The notes beneath the pieces were generated by a model. It was not told the DNA's origin. It made no database searches and was given only the letters and a program-made list of their open reading frames with translations. A stretch of DNA of 64,000 nucleotides from Tubiluchus corallicola (Eukaryota; Animalia; Priapulida), in the NCBI GenBank assembly GCA_030141605.1, contig JAQGDQ010000278.1, forward strand, positions 124,001 through 188,000, read 5' to 3'. The first letter of the stretch is position 1. The number at the start of each line of letters is the position of its first letter. Shown one piece after another: positions 59,901 through 64,000 of the stretch. The position numbers were made by a program, and so were the translations under genes.

Positions 59901-62900
59901 TATATAAATAACTGTTACTGACAATATGATGAAAGTTTATTGTATCAAGTAGCATTAGATAGATTTATAAGTGTTGTGCACTGTTACATTTATCAGATTA
60001 GTACATGTTGAGTTACAGATTAGATAATTGTTATTTTATGTAGTTTATATCACAAGCTATAAATAATATTGATGTTTTTTGCAGCGAATGTACAGCAATT
60101 CAATTCTGACCAAATAAATCCATTATGTAGAGTCATCCAGAAGAAACGTTACACAAATGAACTCACAAGTCTTTATCCTGACAGACATGTTTGTAAAAGA
60201 GATCCACATTATTGTGTAGCTCATTCTCCTGTTTCCAAAGAGTTATTTTTACTGCAATCTTACTATCAAGCATCACAAGGATGTTTTTTCTACATGGAGT
60301 TCAGCCAATGAGTAAAAAACCGACACTTTTGGACATTTTACCTGCTGTTCCTTGAGAAACGCCTAGCAGTACTTGGTGTGAGTGGTTCAAGGAAAATGTA
60401 CAGCTCTCAGAAAACTGGGAACAACCTGGCTGCACAATGACGTGGGTCTCCTTTACAAATGTTTCGACTAGGATGAAGCGTGAGCTAGTTTAGGGGAAAT
60501 GTTTTTATGACCCTGCATTACTATTTTACTGAACATTTTTTGACTTGATCTGACTTGTACTTGTAGAATGACATCTATGAGTGGAGCCGTGACCATAGAG
60601 CACATCACAAATATTCAGAAACTAACGCCGACCCACACAATGCAAAACGAGGACTCTTCTTCTCTCATGTGGGCTGGCTTCTCGTACGCAAACACCCTCA
60701 AGTGGCCGAAAAAGGAAGAAAAATTGATTTGACAGATGTCTCTTCTGATCCAGTTGTGAAATTTCAGAGAAAGTAAGCAACAGTAGAAATTGCTAAATGC
60801 GGTGACAATTACATTTCCTCAGTAATTCCCCGAGCTTCAGCTTGGGTCTTAAAAAAAATCCAGTGATTCCTTCACTTATTCACTCTGTTCATCACACTTT
60901 TTCCAACTCCAAAAGTATTCAACTAATTGAGGTGAAATTTTGTAGGATGGTTAGGTAGTATGTTCTCTGTTCAAAATAGAAAGATGTAGCAATTCTCTTT
61001 GTTACTTAGTTAACTAACTACAGTTCTTCAGTCAATTAATTTTGAATTGATTAACCATGTACATATCCTTGTAAACTTTACTGCTTTTCCTTATATTTTG
61101 TAGAAATTTATTATGTACAGTTTCGTAGTACAACTAGTTAACAAACCGATTTTAACCAAATGAGCTACATAATTAAGCATAGTTTTAAGTTACTATTTTT
61201 ACATATTTTTCATGACAGGTATTATCTTGCCTTGGTACTACTATGCTGCTTTATTTTACCATCTTACATCCCGACCCTCTGGGGTGAAAGTGCGTGGAAT
61301 TCATATCACGTTTGTGGATTGCTGCGATACTCTCTAACATTAAATGCCACGTGGTTGGTGAACAGTCTGGCTCATGCATGGGGAAACAAGCCATATGACA
61401 AGTACATGACAATATATTTTACTTTGTCTTCAGATTTGCTAACTTAATTTAAACTAAGCACATAAAGTCATTTAACACATTGGGTTTATCTTACTGCCAT
61501 CATTTCAACTTAAAAAATCTAAAAACGAAATTAGTAAAAATTGCCCACAAAGCATAAAGTTAAATTTATACTACACCTGTACAAAAATTTCCAAACAGTA
61601 AGCAGTAGCTATATACTTGTAAATTACGAAGAAATTTGCAGACTGCCAGGACTTTCGTAAGCACGTGTTTCTTAAACTACTTCAAACATCTGCAGCTCAA
61701 TTAGTGTTCAGTCAGAAATACCACAAAATTAGCTATCTATTTTTTAAGTAAAAATCTGCTACACCATTGACAGAAACTGACATTACTCTGCTCTTCTTCA
61801 GAAAGCCAATGAAGTCACTGGCAGAAAAATGAGCATTCCAAATGGAGATACTCAAGTGTGAAATGATCACAAATTTAAAGTGATTTGACTAATAACACGA
61901 GTCGTTTTTCACACTTTTATGGAAAAAATCTACATTCATGGAATATTTGGCAATTCCTTCCAATAAATTTTTGAATACATGAAAAACATTAGCTCCGAAT
62001 TCATGAAAATTAAAATCACATTTACTTTTAAACTACAGTAGGCGCTGTTTATTAGATTCACGGTTAATAGACTGAGTCGCTTGAGTCAAAACACTTCTGT
62101 CCCAAAGTGAGCCTATTAAGCGGTGCCTACTGTATTATTGGAAAAACTTTTAATATTTCAAAACAGTCCTATAAAACATGGAAATCTTTACAAAAGAAAT
62201 GATACTTTTCAAAAGATAAACATGCGCTATATTTAATTATAGACTGATTATTTCGTACATAAAACACCATTTAATTTCAGGTCAATTAATCCCGTGGAGA
62301 ACATTTTTGTTGTACTAGGAGCTATAGGTGAGGGATTTCACAACTATCACCACACTTTTCCTCAAGATTATGCTACAAGTGAATTTGGAAAATTGTTCAA
62401 TCTTACAACAACCTTCATAGACTGCATGGAGCGACTAGGGTTTGCATACAATCTCAAAATAACTCCAAAATCAGCAGTACAACGACAGAAAGAGAAACGA
62501 GGTGACGGATCGGAGGGGTTTGGCATCTTATGATCGCACTGCTGTTAACACTTCATTTAAAATCCGGTTACAAGGTTAATTATAAACAAAGTTAAATAAA
62601 CAATAAACAGAGTAACTTATGTTTATAATGCAAATTACAATGCCTAAATACTCTACTTCTTTTTGTTACTTGAAGGGCCATTTTTTAAAATCAGAGTAAA
62701 CAGCATTAATCAATATAAGTTACATTCTGACAGTAACAAAATATTAGTTGTACAAAATTTAGCCCGAACTTGAGTTCTGTGTGAAATAATACTTTTACTA
62801 TCTACTTTTCAAGTCATTACTGATGTTAATTAATGCAAAGTATAGTTGTCCCTGGAAAAACAAAATCAGCAGTTAAGGTGTAAACACTCACTAGCTGCTA

Positions 62901-63312
62901 GTGTTTGTTTTGATAATATTTATGGCATGTCAGGAAGGTAACTGCTCAAGCTGTTGTCTGTGAGGTCTTGGCATATGCAACCTTTAACCACAACATGTCA
63001 AATTTATTCACGGAATTTCACGCAAATAAACAACATTCGCATCTGTGTCTCTGTTAGATCTGTTTAAGATAAACATTTTGAATTTGACAGCTGTGGGCAT
63101 CAAATAAGTAGTATTTCATCATTAGCATAGCGAAACTCATAAAGAAAATTTGAAGATTTTCACATTCATAATGTTCATAAAATAAACAAACTCACCCATT
63201 ATCATTTTCGCTGTAAATTAGATTTGGCCCGAAAACAATAGCTATATTTGATGTTGTCATTTTATTGGTGTCTGACAATGCAGCAAGTTTTGCCAAGAAC
63301 TTGATGAGGTAC
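47559..63312 (-). CDS. ARHGAP17/44: Rho GTPase-activating protein, ARHGAP17/ARHGAP44/SH3BP1 (RICH, RhoGAP92B) family; 3' portion only. Exons 63312-63196, 56064-55985, 55317-54622, 52436-52319, [51560-51446 or 50636-50543], 47900-47559
   Basis: RhoGAP C-terminal signature [34 protein letters not shown], then [19 protein letters not shown] (compare family motif IIQHADWFFP.E.EF), then a long Pro-rich tail. All splice phases are consistent. The BAR domain and the rest of the GAP domain lie beyond position 64000. Confidence 0.9.
50100..50330 (-). mobile_element. CR1/L2-like LINE ORF2 C-terminal remnant
   Basis: The - strand reads TRGHRLKL...[17 protein letters not shown] (frameshifted), the typical CR1-group ORF2 end. 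Confidence 0.65.
50543..50636 (-). CDS. ARHGAP17/44: RhoGAP alternative exon B ([32 protein letters not shown])
   Basis: gatag|T and CAG|gtaagt on -; 94 nt, phase 2-0. Confidence 0.8.
50897..51240. repeat. Foldback/MITE-like inverted repeat between alternative exons A and B
   Basis: 50897-50959 is the imperfect reverse complement of 51183-51240. Confidence 0.65.
51446..51560 (-). CDS. ARHGAP17/44: RhoGAP alternative exon A ([24 protein letters not shown]...VVDL)
   Basis: tttcctttcgttag|T and TTG|gtaggt on -; 115 nt, phase 2-0; GC-rich and Pro/Arg-rich. Confidence 0.62.
52319..52436 (-). CDS. ARHGAP17/44: RhoGAP exon ([19 protein letters not shown]...DAADTAD)
   Basis: tttttcag|CA and AG|gtacga on -; 118 nt, phase 1-2, open frame. 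Confidence 0.82.
52861..53154. repeat. Foldback element (about 115-bp arms, AT-rich spacer)
   Basis: 52861-52975 is the imperfect reverse complement of 53036-53154. Confidence 0.7.
54622..55317 (-). CDS. ARHGAP17/44: RhoGAP large Pro-rich exon (LEYKHYSP...CQLDE)
   Basis: ttttag|AG and G|gtacaa on -; 696 nt, phase 1-1; matches the 236-aa ORF of the track. Confidence 0.88.
55985..56064 (-). CDS. ARHGAP17/44: RhoGAP exon ([26 protein letters not shown])
   Basis: tttttcag|A and G|gtaag on -; 80 nt, phase 2-1. Confidence 0.9.
56186..56574. mobile_element. hAT-type MITE with subterminal (GAATC/TTCGA) repeats
   Basis: TIRs TAGGAGTGAGCAT / ATGCTCACCCCAA; degenerate 8-bp TSD gtgtgcat / ctttgcat. 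Confidence 0.7.
57408..57643 (+). promoter_or_regulatory. SCD core promoter and non-coding first exon (about 57550-57641)
   Basis: TATAAAAG 57519-57526, Inr-like ACAGTT with +1 at 57550 (31 nt from the TATA T), donor AAG|gtaaat at 57642, CACGTG E-box at 57408. Confidence 0.65.
58569..58761 (+). CDS. SCD: SCD coding exon 1 (MSPRNF...KLVWRNIV...KTILF)
   Basis: acceptor ttattacag at 58545-58546, ATG at 58569, donor G|gtaagt. Confidence 0.93.
58569..62533 (+). CDS. SCD: Acyl-CoA delta-9 desaturase (stearoyl-CoA desaturase), 321 aa. Exons 58569-58761, 59653-59783, 60567-60772, 61219-61401, 62281-62533
   Basis: Three intact His boxes HRLWAH, HRAHH and HNYHH, plus [19 protein letters not shown] and GDGS motifs. 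Exons total 966 nt with phases 1,0,2,2 and canonical splice sites. Confidence 0.97.
59653..59783 (+). CDS. SCD: SCD coding exon 2 ([17 protein letters not shown]...AFQ)
   Basis: ttttgcag|CG and CAG|gtatga; 131 nt; His box 1. Confidence 0.95.
60567..60772 (+). CDS. SCD: SCD coding exon 3 ([19 protein letters not shown]...FQRK)
   Basis: ttgtag|AAT and AA|gtaagc; 206 nt; His box 2. Confidence 0.95.
61219..61401 (+). CDS. SCD: SCD coding exon 4 (YYLALV...[18 protein letters not shown])
   Basis: gacag|G and AA|gtacat; 183 nt. Confidence 0.94.
62036..62132. mobile_element. Tigger-like MITE in SCD intron 4
   Basis: TIRs CAGTAGGCGCTGTTTATTAG / CTATTAAGCGGTGCCTACTG; TA TSD. Confidence 0.8.
62281..62533 (+). 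CDS. SCD: SCD coding exon 5 (SINPVEN...GEGFHNYHH...[10 protein letters not shown])
   Basis: tttcag|G acceptor; His box 3; TGA 62531-62533; AATAAA at 62595 and 62602. Confidence 0.95.
63196..63312 (-). CDS. ARHGAP17/44: RhoGAP exon (YLIKFLAKL...[24 protein letters not shown])
   Basis: ttacag|G and GG|gtgagt on -; 117 nt, phase 2-2. Confidence 0.93.
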
Positions 63313-64000
63313 CTGTAACGCAGAAGTTACATTTAATTAGAACAAGCTGAAGTGTGACAAATGCATAGTAAACACTTGATTTCCTTTGCCTGTGTTATTT
63401 CATGGGCTCGTTTCTTTTGTTTTTCACATGGAATAGAACAGAAAAGAAACTTATTTTTTACATGGATGCACATCGAAATTGCATATAATACAATATTTCC
63501 ATGATAGTCCATGCATGGTTAGTGCATTAAACGATTTCAAATAAATAAAATTAAACAAATAAAAATTAAACATTAATAGCATACATTAAATTAAATGAAC
63601 ATTTAATTAAAAGTTAAGCATTCAGAATTAGGAAATTTAAATTATTAATAAGTGCCAGAAAACAAGGCTAATAAGAGTTATAAAGTTAAAGTTCATAAAG
63701 AAAATATTAAAAGAATTAAATAAGTTAAAAACCAGTTAAAAATTATTTACTAAATACAGCAAAACTAGACTGATAAAACAACATTTTATGACTAAAACTA
63801 CTAAGTACTAAATGTTTAAGTACTAATAAAAATCACATCCCATTAAAAAAATTAAATGTTTAAACTTGTTATTGCTAAACAGTGATTATGAATAAAACAG
63901 CATGAGGTCAATAATAAAGTGATTAAAGATTAAAATCACTAAAAGTTACTAAGATTTCAAAAATGACATAAAGACCAAAATGCAATTTAATTTAAAACGG

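Overview
AT-rich (about one third GC) intron-containing animal genomic DNA, most likely a protostome invertebrate (inferred from protein similarity). It is not prokaryotic, so most ORFs in the supplied track are spurious. Three spliced protein-coding genes can be rebuilt with consistent GT-AG boundaries and exon phases. (1) An active rhomboid intramembrane serine protease (insect rho/stet, vertebrate RHBDL1/3 type) on +, with 6 coding exons at 19982-42940, very large introns, a ~20 kb gene-free upstream region and a probable ~3.6 kb 3' UTR. (2) The 3' part of an ARHGAP17/44/SH3BP1 (RICH/RhoGAP92B)-type RhoGAP on -, from beyond the window end down to 47559, with phase-incompatible alternative exons and candidate microexons. 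(3) A complete delta-9 acyl-CoA desaturase (SCD) on +, 58569-62533, nested antisense in one RhoGAP intron. Non-coding DNA carries hAT and pogo/Tigger-type MITEs with TSDs, foldback elements, a palindromic tRNA-derived repeat, LINE remnants and microsatellites. The most striking observation is at the rhomboid stop. It is a leaky-context UGA-C, followed by 56 open in-frame codons and, 7 nt downstream, by a long-range RNA stem (24 of 26 nt paired) that closes a ~355-nt GC-rich structured block. This is the architecture of programmed stop-codon readthrough and may be an undescribed recoding cassette on a rhomboid protease.
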